Origin: Sphaerodactylus townsendi
Taxonomy: Eukaryota
Length of the DNA stretch: 64,000 bases
Direction of reading: 5' to 3'
Assembly: GCF_021028975.2 (NCBI RefSeq)
Contig: NC_059430.1
Coordinates: 38,998,001 to 39,062,000 of the forward strand
Part shown: positions 1 through 15,200 of the stretch, piece after piece
Layout: each line of letters opens with the position of its first letter
Numbering within the stretch: position 1 is the stretch's first letter
The notes under the pieces: model-generated
Database searches by the model: none
Told to the model about the DNA's origin: nothing
The model's input: only the letters and a program-made list of their open reading frames with translations
Made by a program: the position numbers and the translations under genes

Positions 1-283
1 CTTGGGCCATGTCTCTCACCCTCCATCTTCCAGACAGATGGCCCATATTACAGAGTGTCTCAAGCAGAAAGGAGGAGGAAAGAAGGCACATTGTGTCTGA
101 GGTCTTTACGAGACAAGGAATAAGTTTAGCAATACAGAACCCTACAACAGGGGTATATAATTATTTAATGGATGCAGCAGGACTATGCAAGAAGACAAAT
201 AGTGGTGCTACAGTCTCAAAAAGATCAGGGATTATTTATTCCCTCTCCCAAACTTATGTGTACCCATGAAATAATTTTTTTAC

Positions 284-3200
284 CTTTCTGACATAGGAAG
301 GTGACTTTTTTTTACTGCCAGAAGTCTTGGAGGCACCAAAGGGATCCTCATCATCTGATGGAAATCAATAATACCATTCTCAATTTCTCCTTTGCAGTAC
401 AATTTACATTGGGCATAGTACACTCTCTGCACAGCATGTTCATTTGACATTTTGTGTTAGTGGGATTCTTTATTATCCCTATGACATTAGGATGATTGTT
501 CCTGTGAAAGGCTAGCATATATCGTTGACTGACCAACTACATCCAAGCACTCCTCCTTCCTATACCTCTGAAAGCAATTCCTTGGGAGTCTAAACAGAGC
601 AAAAATGATTCTGATTCAGACAGATAAATACCATCTGTGGGCACCTGCGCGTTCTCCTTATCCAGGAAGAAATAATTCTACCAAGGCAGAAAAAGAAACA
701 GTCAATAATTCCATTATGGCTGGATACCAACTTCTATGAAAAACAGCCCAGCCCAGCTATTTTCTTTAACAGCATTAGAAACTGCAACTGTAGTGCCTCT
801 TATGCCTAAAAATACTACACCAGGTTGTCCACAAAACACACGTGTGCCAAGACAATGGAATATCACAAAAGGACTGTCATGTTTAGAAAGCCAAAAAAAA
901 AAATCTTGTGGAGCCTTAAAAGATTAATAGATAAATTGAAATAATTTTTGAGGGCTAAATTCCACCTTTGACACATCTGGCAAAGTGGGCTCTAACTGAA
1001 AAGGCTTCATTCAGCTTTGGTAGTGTTGTTAGTCTTCATGACACCACCTGATTCCATTTTGGTTTTTATTAATCACAGCTGATAATAATTAATTGTCAAA
1101 AAACCTTAAACACAGTGTTCAAACATTATATCCCAATATAAAAACAACAGGCAAGTTCTTAACAACTTAGTAAATGAAACTATTCCACTGTGCAGTTGCA
1201 CACTCATACATAATTGCCTAAGAGATGGAATGTCTGACCACGAACCCCCAGCCAACGGGCATCTGCACGCCCCTTTGTGGGCAACATTCCATTCCATCCC
1301 CACATGCTCTCCCACCCCAGGAGCCTTTCCCCAGCCCCAAACAAGAAACCCGCATGCCGGGGCAGCGGTGTCTTGTCACGCACTGTCCTGCCGAGCCTGC
1401 CGCCTGCTGCCTGCGGAGCCCACCCCAAGCCTCCCCACTGCATCTTCCCCAGCCTCAAAAAGCAACCCGACTCAGTACAGCAGTGGCAGTTTGCTGCCCA
1501 CCACCCTGCTTAGCCCACCCCAAGCCTCTCCATTTAACCTACCTCAAAAAGCAATGCAGTCAGGCATTGCCCCCCATCCCAAACAAGCAGCAGGACCTAT
1601 CCAACAAGGACAATGAGTGCCGGCCTCGGGAAAGTCTGGCTGGAGCAGAGGTTGGTCTGAACCTGGGGTGGCTCTCCTGGGGGCGGGGGGGGGGGGGCGG
1701 GGCAGAAAAGGGGGGAAGAGGAAACTCTCTCCCTCACCCCTGTCTAGAACCCATTTTATTTTAATTTAAAACAGGCTGAAGTGCTAGTGGCACCATAAGA
1801 GCCAGTGCATAATTTGGAGTTCTCTCTTCTTCTTCTTCTTCTTTTTTTGGCCCTAGTTACAATAGGGGGGATTTTGCTTTACACAGCAGATGCCTGCTTT
1901 GCTCAGCGCTGGTGAGACAGGGGTCAATTTGGACAGTATTCTTACCAGCTCCTAATTTGCTCTTTCCTGACAACATCTCTTCTCTCCTGGATCGCTCTGG
2001 TTCCAGTTGGGAATAATCCCATTTATTGTAATGCCCAGGAGCATGAAGTGTACCTGTTAAACAGAAAACAACAGATGGAAACAAAGGAAGAAAAGTTGTT
2101 TTTTATATCCTGCTTTTTTCTACCATAAGGAGCCACAATGCAGCTTACAATGCCCTTCCCTCCCCCTCCCCACAACAAACACCTCATAAAGAAGGTGGGG
2201 CTGAGGGAGTTCAGAGAGAACTGTGACTAGCCGAAGGTCACCCAGCGGGCTTCATATGGAGGAGTGGGAAATCAAACCCAGTTCTTCAAATTAAAGTTGG
2301 CTGCCCTGATGCCCTCTGACAGTGAGGAAAACCAGGTGTAGGACTGTCATCAGCATAATTCTTAATTTATTAGACAAGGCTATGGGTCATTTTGTTTTGA
2401 TGTCACAAAAATAATTTTAAGAGAAGCAGTGGAAAATTCTTGGTGAATGGATTAGGGCTTAACCAGAGGTGACATGTACACTTGCAGGTAACTTGGAAGA
2501 GTTGTGTTGGTTTGATTATGATGATTGATGTGGATGAAGGAAAAAAACCTTTACGATGATTGACAGAAAAATGAGGTGTGATTCTGCTGCTTGGAAGATG
2601 GAACTAACTATGAAAATTACACTGCTTGTTCTCCAAGGCAACAAGACCCAATGTAATTATTTTCCTTAAAATGTAGGACATGCAGACACCAGGAAATAGC
2701 AACATGAAACATGAGCAAGACAACAAACCAAAGGTAACCTATGATGTGGAACAGCATAAAAAGGATACGACTGAGCTCCGGAGAGTCAGTACAATTGAAA
2801 GACTGGGAGTATCTGGGTTCCAAGCTCTACTCTATGAAGCTTACTTTGAGTCAGTCATGCTTTGACCTGCCTTGCAGGATTGTTCTGAGCATAAAAAGGG
2901 AGGAAGAGAGAAAAATATGTGCTATGAACTCCTAGCAAGGGTGTAATAAAAGTGTGACAGATTTAGGCACACTGTAGGTGGCATTAGTCATGCCCAGTGG
3001 GATTTCTTAACCTCTTTTTTTTAATTTGGAACTCTATGCCATGTTTCAAATTGCTTTTGAAAGCCCCCTCACTTGCAAAAAACAGTCTGCAATGTGGCAC
3101 AGATAACAGCTGTTCAAGAAAGGCAGCATAACAAGTTGTATTTGGGATCTAACTCTACAATGAAAGTATCTATGAAAAGGTCAGAAAGCCATAGATTCTT

Positions 3201-6200
3201 TTGAGTTTTGTTCGTTTTTTTGCACCACAGAGGGGTGGAAATAACCATAAGGCAGCAAAGTGTCAACTGGTGGTAACTGACATCCCCCCCCACCCCGTTT
3301 TACTCCTGGAGTAGGAAGAAAGGGGCTGCTTACCTCCCAGCCACTCACAGAAGACATCACAGAGCTGGGCCTTGAATTCATGCGTGTTGAACCATGACCT
3401 CGTGAAACAGGAGCAAAAGCAAGTATACACTGTTTGACTCAGCAATGATGGGAAAACCTGTAGTTCAAGCAAAGGAAAGAAAACAAAACAGAGCATTCCT
3501 TACTGCATAGTTGCGCTTTGCTTCATCTTGTACCCAGAGATCATCCAAAACTCTAATCCAATTCTTTTCAAACCGTGTTCCTTACAACTTTGTGGTTCAC
3601 TGAAGTCTCATCAGGTACAACTTTGTGGTTCACTGAAGTCTCATCAGGTTTGTGAGAAAGTTAGCAACGGTGGACAAGCTTTCACGAAAGACAACTTGCT
3701 CACCACTTCTCAGCCTCTGCAGCAAAGTGAAGCTTCTCAGATGTTGCATATGTGTCCCACAAAGTTTAAGTGATGAGCCTGATTTGGATTCTTGCTCACC
3801 CTTTTTTTTAACAGATGAACAAATTACCAAACTGAATCTTGAAGCCACCGCAGTATTAGGCACCATGAAGAAGCTAGTTGAAAGTGCTACTTAATTCTTG
3901 GCAATCAATTATTACTAAGTTCTTTTTTTGTGTGCAGCTACATCACCACGCGCATGCATAGATAGAACGGTAGCTGTTTTTCACACTAAGCTACGTTCAT
4001 GCGCGGCTTCGACATGCTTTACCCACACAGCTGCACTGGCATGAAAGTCTAATTTTATTTTACAGTTGGCACAGAAAATCATGTTCCACGCAGCCACGTT
4101 TCAACGTAACCGCCACTGGTGCAGGAAAAAAAGGCTGCGCGCGCATCGCACACAACCCACTGTGCTCTGATTGGCTGGAAGGCTCCACGTCACTCCCAAT
4201 GGCGGGAAAACAAACCTACATTCAGCCTCTGAACCTCCCCACCGATCTGGTTTCGGTGTGTGTTTTTTTTAAAGGTGCACTTCCATGCAAGTTTTCAAAA
4301 AACACGTGATAAGGGGGAGAGGGAGCACTAGAACCAAGATGAATCTGTGTTCGGCAGTTAAGCAGCAGGGAGTTCTTGCTGAAACCTTGATATTTCGCAT
4401 GAGTATCAAGCGATTAATTGACCGTGGGGAATCGACCTATTACTACTTTCCTGTTTGAAGTCTACACACTTCCTTTTAAGAAGAATCCTTGCACACTTAC
4501 TTTAAGAATGTTTTCCTGGTTGGAAACCTTGTGACAGCCCAGTAGGATCCGGGAATAATTTTCTGCAATGCGGTCAAACAAATATCCCTGAATCTCCTGA
4601 TTTGGCTGTAGGGAGAGAAATTCATAGATGGTTTGACTGACTGAAGAAGCTAAACGAAGTGTAAGTATATATTATTCTCACTAGGCTCCCTCCTGGACTA
4701 GATCAGCTCTCTGCTATGATCATCTTCCTTTCTGATAGCATGCCATTTCCAGATGACTCCAGCACAGTTATGAAAAGGGGGAAAATAGCCTATCTCACAG
4801 AGTTATTCTGAGGTAACATGTCACTCTGAAATCCTTTGTAGAGAGCAGGATTCAAATGTGTATATATATTAAAAGCTTTGGATTATGTTCTATTGTCCTG
4901 GGCCAACTTTTTGCTTGTTTTTAGAAGCAAACAAGGTTTTCAAGGCCAGAAACACCTGCCTCATATCTTTAGCTCCAAGTTCTGTGTGGGATTGAAAGTA
5001 GGATTGTGAAGGAAGTTCAAAACCAGAATTCTGCACAGGGAGAGTTTTCAGGCTCCATGTATCTCCATAATACAATAAAGATTCCTAATGCTCATGTGCA
5101 GTTTGTGATAGAGCTGACATGGAACTGTTTGTAGCAGCAATGCCCTATCTCAGGAGGAGAAACTGGGCCGAAGGAAAAGCTAACATCAGAAGTGAAATAT
5201 CCAGAGCAATATCATCTCCCATACCCCTGTATTGGGGTCTTGTCCTTACATGATAGAGCTGTAGAAAAAGCCACCAGAAACTATCCAGTAAAACAGCTTG
5301 GGTGCAGGGAGCGTTGAGAAACTTGTGCAGCATCTTCTGACACCAGGTTGTCTGTAAAAAAATTAAACTGTAAAATTATGGTTTAGGTGTGTTAAAAAAA
5401 ATCACTGGTTGCCTGCACTTTCCAGTCTGTCTCCTCTTTTTTCAGAACCAACCAAACTACCTAAGCTATTTAAACCCTGATGTCAATAGGATTATAGCAC
5501 CTTAATTGCCTTCACCAATTTAACTGTGGCATGATTTGAACGGAATAAGACCTGACACAAGTCACATTTATATCTCATGCCCAGTTGCTGAACTGTCTGC
5601 ATGTACAATGTAAATGTGTGCTTATACCTTATGCAATGCACCTACTACTACTAAAATGCTTATTCTGGCATTTTTGAAGTATGGAGAGTACCTTCCCAAT
5701 GGGTGTTTTTCCTTGGGCATGAATTACTTTCTCCACAATTTCCGCTAGCTCCACTCCATTTGGCAGAGGTGTCAGTTCCTCCTTATTGTACCCTGGATAT
5801 TGATACAGCTCTACAAGTTTATCTTTTTCCGATACTACCTAGGATCAAAGAAGAAAGTAAAACGTGAAAGCGAGCAGATCTTTACCTAGTTCAATAGGAA
5901 CCTGATGATATGTCAGAGCTTCTTGGACACGTGATAATCCTATTTCCATCTCTTCTTCTTCTTTTTAAAGTAAGGCTCAAGGCAACAAACTAGGCTTTTA
6001 AGCAAGATAATAAATGCACATTCTGGAGAATTAGACATTTTAGAAAATTGTCTTATTTAGCTAGAAATGATGTTATGGCAGTAATCCTTGTTGCTCAACA
6101 GCTTAGTCCTATCATCTCAGTGAGATTCACACTCCATGTTTAAGTACATGCACTGGAAAGAGGTTCCACCAACTTAAATGATTTCCAGTTTAGTGAATGA

Positions 6201-9200
6201 AAGAGCCCAGCCTGATCATGTCTGGGTATAAATGGTTAAATTCAATATAATTGTTTTGGTCTAGGAGGGTTTGTGTACTTACAAGCATGCTAACCATGAT
6301 TACTCAGTAGTAAGCATTGTTTTAAGTGGGATTATTTCCTATTAAATGTGAAAGACTGCAACCTTATTGCTTTATAGGAAAATCCCTGTGGTTTTCTGAA
6401 AACATTTAGCTTTCTGGTTCTGTGGCAGCAGCCAGGATATGAAGGCTATGATTAGGAGTACATTTTAATATATTTGGAATTAGTTGTATTAGAAAAATTG
6501 GGCATGAACTATTAGGCCCTCTCACAGCAAGATTTATAGGAAAACTTGTTTTTCCTGTTTAGTGCAACTCTGCAGGAGCTGTCTTATGCATATCTATAAG
6601 ACACTTAGCCTACTAACGATACTGAAGTGTAAATGGCCCTTTCTGGCCTAGGCAATAACTCAGTAGGGAGTTACAATTCTCCTGAACATCAAGAGTACTT
6701 AAGGAACATAACATATTCCTAAAGGCTATTAATTAGATTCTTCCTCCTCCTGAATAAAAGATAAGTACATTAGCCAAAACACCAATTCATTGTTGCAGTG
6801 GAAGAGTTTCACATTCAACTGTACTGGAATGTTGCCCTGGGTCTCGTTAGCATGGCAAAATCTCCACTTCCAGGAATCTCTTGGCTGCCATTTTCTGATC
6901 ATGGGATGTATGAAATCACCTGAAAGGGGCTCCACCTGTTATCCTATGCAAATGGCCAGCTGTAAGTGATGGAATCAGTGATATTCTTGTGATTGATAGA
7001 TGTTTGTTTATATAATCTCTGAACTTTGATGCTGCTTTTCTTTTGCCTTTGGTCAGTTGCCTATTTTGGCTGCAGATCAAAATAAACTTATCTTTATACC
7101 TCCCATTCCTGGTGTTGGTTTGATAGGGCTTTTATGCAACACCAGGTGCCAAGCCTAGACCGCACTGGTGGGACTATTGGCTTCCAAACAAGGTGCTTTG
7201 GTAAAATCCATTTTGGAAGCAGTCAAAATATGTGACTAGATATACTCAGTCATTATAGTAGTAGGAAACATGGTGTAGCAGTTAGCGAGTCAAAGATCTG
7301 GGGAAAGCAAGTTTGAATCCTAACCCTGCCATGCAGAGGCGTAGCTGGGCCAAACTGCACCCGGTGCGCAGTGTGTTTTTTTTCCGGGCCTCCCATGACC
7401 CCTGTTCCATTCGGGCTTTAATAATTCTCACAATCTCTACCTTGGTTCTCTTTTCTTTTTTCTAGTACTTTTTCGGAGGGCTTGAAAGAAAGCGATTGTA
7501 CAGTTCAGGCTAAAAACTGCTTGAGGAACTACAGTTCCCAGGAGACCTTGTGAGCCCCAAGGTCTCCTGAGAACTGTAGTTCCTCAGGCAGTTTTTAGCC
7601 TGAACTGTAAATAGGCCGCTTTTTTCAGCCTGAAAAAGTACTAGAAAAAAGGGAACGAAGGTAAATGTGGGAAAGGGACTGCGGGGGGGGGGAGGGGCTG
7701 CACGGGAGGGCACAAGGAAAAGGGGGAGGGGTGATTTTCCGCCCCCAGGCGCGTGCCCGGTGCACCCCCTGTCCCCTTGCCGCTCTGCCACTGCTGCCAT
7801 GGTAGCTTGCTATGTGACCTTGGGCCACTCAGTCTCACCAAGTCTAACCTACTTCATGGGTAAGAATAAAATGGAGGAAGAAAGAATGCTAGAAGCCACT
7901 TTGGGTTCCCAGTGGGAAGAAAGGCAGGGATATACATATTTAAGTAAATAGAACAATAGCACAGTAATCTGATTCGCTGTGGCATCATCATAGGCACTAC
8001 TCTCAAAAGGAAGCTCCCTGACCACTTGGAATCCAACTGCCCACCTTCGAAATAATATACAGGGGACAGGAACAAAATGGATAGCTCCTGCTCTCTCACA
8101 GCCCATCATACCTTCTTCTGGGGTACTTTGCTCTGGCGTACATCAGCAGTAGCAGAAACATGTCCGCTCTGTATTACCTTCCATTCTTTCTCTGAAACAG
8201 AAGGAAAAGAATGGTCCCACTGAGCATCTGAATTATCAGGATATAATGGGCAAGCCTGCAAAAGAACTGGTTAAATCACTTTACTGAGTTTGACTTGCAG
8301 ATATTTCAGCTCAACCAGAAAAGAGAAGAAGTATTTTTCCCCATATGTGGTGCTATTCACAATGTACAAATGCATAGTATTATTTGCACTTTACAAGAGT
8401 TGAATTGCAATATGGATAAAATAAATTTCAAGTAATAGGTGCTGTTGACTTCCCTTTTCCAGGCATGGCTGATTTAGGGCTAAACTAGATTATTTTTAAA
8501 GAGTTGGGTCCAGGTTCCCCACAGCCATGGCTATTTAAAAAAAAAACAAAGCAGAGCCTATGTAGACCCAAAACACTGCCGTGGGCCGAGAAATAGCTCC
8601 TGCCTCCCCCCTCAGCCATTTTTCATAACAAAACACAGCCTGGGAAAGTTATTTCCCTGGTTTTGCTGCTCTGTGTGTACAGAATACCCTGCTCAGTGGC
8701 GTAGCGCCAAGGGGACGAGGGGTGCGTGATGCACCGGGTACATGCCGGTGCAAGGGCATTCCGGGGGCATGTCAGGGACGGGCGGGGCATGACAGGGAAT
8801 TAGGGTGCACGAGTGCCCTGGGCACAGTTTCCCCCCTCACTCCGGCCCTGACCCCACCACATGGAGTGGCAAAAATAACCCCTTCCTTAAGCTTGTTTGG
8901 CACGGAAAACTGCTTTGGAAAATGGCTTGGAGAGGAGAACCCTTAATGGTGGCATTCTGAGCCCAGACAGGCTCTGCTTTGTTTTTCATTAGACATTCCC
9001 AACAACTGCTGTGGGAAACTTGAGTTGGTCCAGGGAACCCAGACCCAACTCTTAAACAAAGTGACTGTCTAGTTTAGCTCTTAGATTTGCTTCATCTCAG
9101 TGAGTTGTACTGGTGATATTCCCCTTCCCAGGGCTCGCTAGCCACAGGTCCCATACATTTATTTATCACGGTGAATTCACTTCTTCCTCCAAGATGCTTT

Positions 9201-12200
9201 GAGTGCAATACACAAAGGAACCCAACTTCACAAGAATGCTGTGAGGCAGTTCAAACTGACAAAAAGCAACTTGCTCATGCCTACACAATGAGCATCATGA
9301 CTGAGTGGGTTTTGAACCCATGTCTCCCTAGTCCAGCAGACGACCTGCTATACTTAAAATATTTACATCGCACAAAAGTTAACTATTTGGCATGGATTAA
9401 TTAAGTCCACGTAAAATATCTTATATCATCCTGACATACACATTTTTGTTCAGGAAAAACAAAAACAAATCAATGCCAACATAATTGAAGTCATCTACTT
9501 ATTTTTTAACCCAACTGGCCTGAATGGAGATTACTTCTTAGTCAGAATATTTAGGATCTCAGCCTTATCTTAAATTCAGAGCACCTGAAGGACCACTTTC
9601 TCCCTATGAGCCTGCCTGAATGTTCAAGTCATCACCTAAGGCCAAAGCCATGCACACACTGTAAAATGCAGACAGGTTGAAATGTGACTGCAAATCAATC
9701 CTCCTGCATCGATTCAGAAACTTGATATGAATATTTAAAACCAGCTTTCCCCCCCTAATGTGTAGTGGGAGAAGGCTGCCAAACTCTTCAGGCAGTGTTT
9801 GTGAACTTGGTCATAGACTCTTATGTCATGATAAATCTGTTGGAATGCAGGTTTGCTTTCATCTGTCTCTCACGCACACCCAAAGGCACACACATTCACC
9901 TCCAAGGGAGGTTCAGATGTTTCATTCTTCTGTCAGAGACAAACAAAAGTTGCTCTTTTCCAAAACAGACTTGGGGAAAATGGGAACTGCAACCCCAGGA
10001 ATAACCTTTCCAGGGGGCAGAAATGGCTGCTGTGATAGAGGGGATCCTTGCACAGATTGCCTTGTGCCACATTCTACTCACCATAACAACAACATCAGAA
10101 AATAACCCAATGAAGTCCAGGAAAAGCTGCTATTTTATGAATCCTTCATTGTGTTCTAAGTTACAGAGACTTCATAAATCAAAACAGCACGTTACCTGCT
10201 AAGATGCATGATAAATAATTGCTCCACAAAGCACTGAATGTGTTCCAGTTGAGTTGGAAGTACCTCAGTTGTGTCCCAATGAATATACATGGGCTCCTCA
10301 ACATAACATGCAACTCAAACATGAATAAAGCAGGCATTTGTGCCATTAGGTCTCACATTCCCAAGGGCCTAACATATTTCCCAAGCTGAAGCCTTCAGAT
10401 GCACCATTAATGAGATGTTTCTTATTTGGTTACTTTATCCTAGGATCCAGAAACACTTCTGAGATACAAAAAAATGATGCTTCAAAGACGTAGCTTTCAT
10501 CAATGATACAGCAAGATTGATTGTCACTCCATCACACGTAGTACGCATTGAGATGGAATTCTGCTCCAGAGTATGTGCCAAACAGGTATTCTTTAAAAAG
10601 AAAATACTGGCATTCTCTTGGCTCAGTATGTTCTTGGCCCAGTGCACAGTCTGTAAACATCTGATACTAATATATTACTATAGCTAAGTAGGCATGAACC
10701 TGGCTTGCAAGCTGGAAGGCAATTCTAGGTAAAAGTTATATAAACAAATATATAATTCAAAATATATAATTCAAAAACACGTGCTAATGTAGACGTTATA
10801 AACATGGCGCAAAGGTAGCAATTTCATGCGTACCTTTCCCCCTGCTTGGACATATTTGCCTGGATTTCTTTAGTCCTGAAGGTTTTTTTGAACTTGCATC
10901 CTCAATCACCTTTAATGACAAAAAAATATATCAGTGTTACGCACTGCTTTTCTAGAGATGAATGGCATCTGTAGTTTACTTGTGCCAAAACAGGACATCA
11001 AGAGCACTCTCAAAGGCATTCTTAGGTTGCTTGAACATTCACAGTGGCCACACAACCTCCACAAGGGGATATTCTCTGGCCAAAGTGCATATGTGGTGGC
11101 ACCAAAACTCCAGCATTCCCTGAAGGACATCACTTATCTGGATTCATGATAGAGAGCTTCCTAGCCTGTTTTTAGAACAGCATTATGGCCAAACTTGACA
11201 ATACACTTGACAGCCCCTTTGTGGCTATATGTGCTGTTGGAAAATTAATGCTTCCAAGTAGACTGGGGCCCAGTTTGGCTTGAGAACATGGCACAGGGGG
11301 AGGAGCGGATTCAATCTCCTTCCTGTGCCATTTTTGTGAGGCAAAACAGCCACAGTCAGTACATATGCAGCCTCATAGTGAGGCAAACTGAATTCCCCCA
11401 TGGCTGTTTAGGCTCAGATTCCCACCCTAATGTGTAAAACTTCTCATCTAGTTTGGCTCTTAGTCACTCTAGGAGTTAGATAGGATGAGTGTATTCCTGT
11501 TGGGTTTTGTGGATCTCTTAGACACTTTTGATACTATTGACTATGGCAGGGGTCCTGCAACTTGCAGCTCTCCAGATGTTCATGGACTACAATTCCCATT
11601 AGTCCTGCCACCATGGCCAATTAGCCATGGTGGCAGGGGCTGATGGGAATTGTAGTCCATGAACATCTGGAGAGCTGCGGGTTGCAGGACCCCTGGACTA
11701 TGGTGACTGCCAGGGCTGCCTAATCAGGTTGGGTTTACATGACTCTATTCATCCCTGGAGGACAGTTCTCAAAAGGTAGGGACAGGGGACTGGTGCTCTG
11801 CCATTGATCTGAGGGTACAACAAAGTCTATCTTGTTCTTTTGCTGTTGAACATTTACATTAAATTGGTTGGAGAAGTTATCCAATGATTTGGTCCTCTGT
11901 TATCAATATGCATGTGATACCTTGTCATCCCTCTTTCTGCTATTTTGGGGAAATCTTTGGAAACTCTGAAGGCCTGACAGAAATCAGTGACTGCATGGAT
12001 GAGGGCAAACAAAGGTAATCATTGATTGTATGGATGAGGGCAAACAAAGGCAATCATTGATTGTATGGATGGGGGCAAACAAATTAAGGCATTCTTGGTC
12101 CCACAATATGACTCACCTGGGCTTATCTGAACCTCTGCTGGATGGGCTTGCATACACCTGGAAAACCCAGGACTGCCACTTACGGGCACTCCTAGGTTCA

Positions 12201-15200
12201 CTACTACGACTGGATAGTTAGGCAACAGAGGTTGCCCAGGACACATTTTATCATTTTTCACCTTTCTCAGAAGGATCAAAGGATCAAGAAGGATCAAAGT
12301 TGCCAACAGCATGGAGAATAAAATTCCTGTCTTTTTAACTGGCTTAATGGAATGTTATTCCCCTCCATGCCATGAAAAGCTTCAACTACACACTTTCACA
12401 CAATGAAGGACTATTTTCTTCAGTTGTTAGCAACGCTAGAAATGATGTAGTCATGGTTACTCATGCCTTAATGACATCCAGACAACAGTACTGTGAGGCA
12501 GTTTGTGTATTTCAGTGCAAGAACAAAGAATGGAAGACTTTGACTGAATTCAGCTTCCCCAGTAATATGCAGAAGGTGACACCATGTTGGTATTCTTCAT
12601 GATGGATGCAAGAGCAGACCTTCAACCCTATGGCTTAAAGAATCTCCTTTCTGACTTACTATCTTTTTAAATTTTGATACACCCAACCTGATGAAGAGTT
12701 CTGTGGAGCTCAAACGTTTGCATAATGTTTTTGTGTCAATTTGATTTTTCCTAATAAAGGTATTGTACAGATTTTGTTCTTGTTTATAGAGAAGGCTGCT
12801 CCTAAGCTGGTGATAAGGGCAAGGCAACAAAGGAGATCTTCTCTGATTCAGATTGCTAGAATTATATCCTGTACAGCCCTAAATGATCAAGGACCAGAAT
12901 TCTTTAAAGATAATCTTCTCTCAGTGAGACCTATCCAAACAGTAAAAAAAATCTGTGAAGATTTCCTTTTCAGAGGTTGGCCCCAAAAGAGAAGGTTTCT
13001 AGCTCTATTATTACTAGGGAATCTGGCTTTCGATTGTATGATTAAGTTTATGTTGTGGATGCAGAGATTGATTTGGCCTGTTTTCTGTCTTTATTACGAA
13101 ACTTTTCTTCTGGTTTTATTGCTTTAGTAGTGGGTTATGAACTATTCCAGGCACCTTGTCTAGCTGGGAAGTGTAAGTATTTTAAATAAATTCAGACACC
13201 AAAAGCTTTAGTTATATTAGATCCAAGTCAGCCCAAACTTTCTAGTTCTATTGACACATGCTAAAATCTTTTCCTTGGAAATCAAAGGGACAGAAAAGAT
13301 TTTAACTCTGATGGAATCATGAGCTTTGTTTCCTGTTCCTGTACATTTTCATTTACCGTATTTATTGCTTTTGAGGGGCTTAAAGAAATGTAAGCCCTAA
13401 TTATTCCACTAGGGCTAAATACCTGTAATCTGTTTAGCATAGTTTGCTCTTACTCCTCTTTTCTGAACAATTACAGACACAGCCAAGCCATCAGCTCCAC
13501 AAATATTTCCTTTCTTGTTCCATCTTTCTTACATTATGAACATGACTGGCTTCAAGTTGAATAGCTTGTAAAATTAAAAACTGGTTCAGTAATCAGTAAT
13601 ATCATTGCACCTGGTTTATACCTCTTGTTCTATGGATAGTTCAATAAAGGATGATATATGGCCAGTGGCGCAGCTGCCATGGGGCAGCAGTGGGGGGCAC
13701 CACACCCCGGGCATGCGCCATTGGGGTCATGCACTTCTTCCCCTTCCCCTGCCCAGCCTAGCAGAAGCCCAGAGCAGCCTGCAAAGAGCAGCTGGCTGAA
13801 CTAAGGTAAGTGGTGGGGGACGGGGCCCCGCAAGGAGGCTGTGGGGGTGGGACCCATGTGAGGGCAGCCCAGAGCAGCCTGGGGTTCAGCCGGCTACAAA
13901 GAGCAGCCAGCTGAACTAAGGTAAGAGGTGGGCAGTGTCTGGGCGCCAGTTTGCCCCAGGCGCCATCCCCCCCCACACCACTATGGCATCTCCTTCAGTA
14001 AGAACAGAAAAGAACGCAAGCTGATTTTCATTTTGTTATTGAAAAGGCTACGGAGGAAACTTTGCCAAGTCCAGCATCATAAAAAAACCCCTTTTTAAAT
14101 TCTGGGATTCTTTGCATAAAAGTGATGCAAGTTCTCTTTACTCACCAGGTCACTAATGTCAAATTTGTATAATCCCACTTTGAAATCCACAATCTTCTGG
14201 TTGACTTCCTGCATGGTTCCAATGGCATATTCTACAAATCTCTGTTAAGGAATCTTTTTTGGAAGATCAGGAGCCTTTTGAGAGGGTTTCTCTTGAAAAC
14301 CATTCTAATAACATCTTTCTATTATGATGCATCAGTATGATTTAGTGGTAATATGTCAGACTGGTGAGATGTAGCTTTGCATCCTCTGTCATTGTCATGA
14401 AGCTCACTGGACAACCATGGGCCAGTCACACATTCTCAGCCTGACCGATTATCTTACAGGGCAGTTGTTGGAATAAAACAGGAAATGTCTTGTTTGCCAC
14501 ATGGCTCCTGGAAGGAACAGTGAAATAAGCATGGGATAAAGACTGAAAGTCTTACAGCACAATTCAGACGCGGGGGCAGGGGGATACACCATGGTGGCCA
14601 GAGATGGCACAGCAAAGGTGACACTGTGCCACCTTTAACGGAGCTCCAGACAGTGTAGCAAGCAGTGGGGCAAAAATCCTACACTGCTGCCTGGAACGCT
14701 CCATAGGAAATAATGACTTGTGCCACATATTATCGTGGTGTTAAGTCATCAGCCGAAAACCAACTATAATCACCTACGCCCCCAGGAATGCCCCTAACCA
14801 TCCTGGCATTCATGTTTAGGCCGGTGCAGCTCTGGGGCTGGAGGCTGCTTCTGGATTGGGCACTATGGAGCTCCACGGCACCTGCCCACCTCCCTGTTTG
14901 CACTCTCAGTTGGTGTAAGTGCCACTTATGCTGGTGGTGTACATTGAGTCTCAGTGAGAAAGGCAGACTATACATAATGTCAATAAAACACATAAATAAC
15001 TTTAAAAATATGTTGAGAAAGAGGAGCAAAAAACAAACACTGTGGTGGCAGCACCCACTGAAACAACATTACTTTAGTCCATGGGTCTGAAACCTGTAGC
15101 TCTCCAGATGTTCACGGACTACAATTCCCATCAGCCCCTGCCACCATGGCCAAAGTAGTCCAAGGTAACATCTGGAGAGCCGCAGGTTGCAGACCCCTGT

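Noticed and set aside
355-677. Strong-looking minus-strand acceptor near 678 as the next FAM227A exon
   Set aside because: All three frames hit stop codons; the acceptor at 355-356 keeps the frame open.
1204-1764. Several overlapping ORFs up to 179 aa
   Set aside because: GC-rich, probably repeat-derived intronic sequence with no recognisable protein similarity.
3583-3648. Minus-strand CTGATGA plus short stem in the 33-bp duplication as a tandem hammerhead
   Set aside because: No GAAA follows the stem, so the catalytic core is incomplete.
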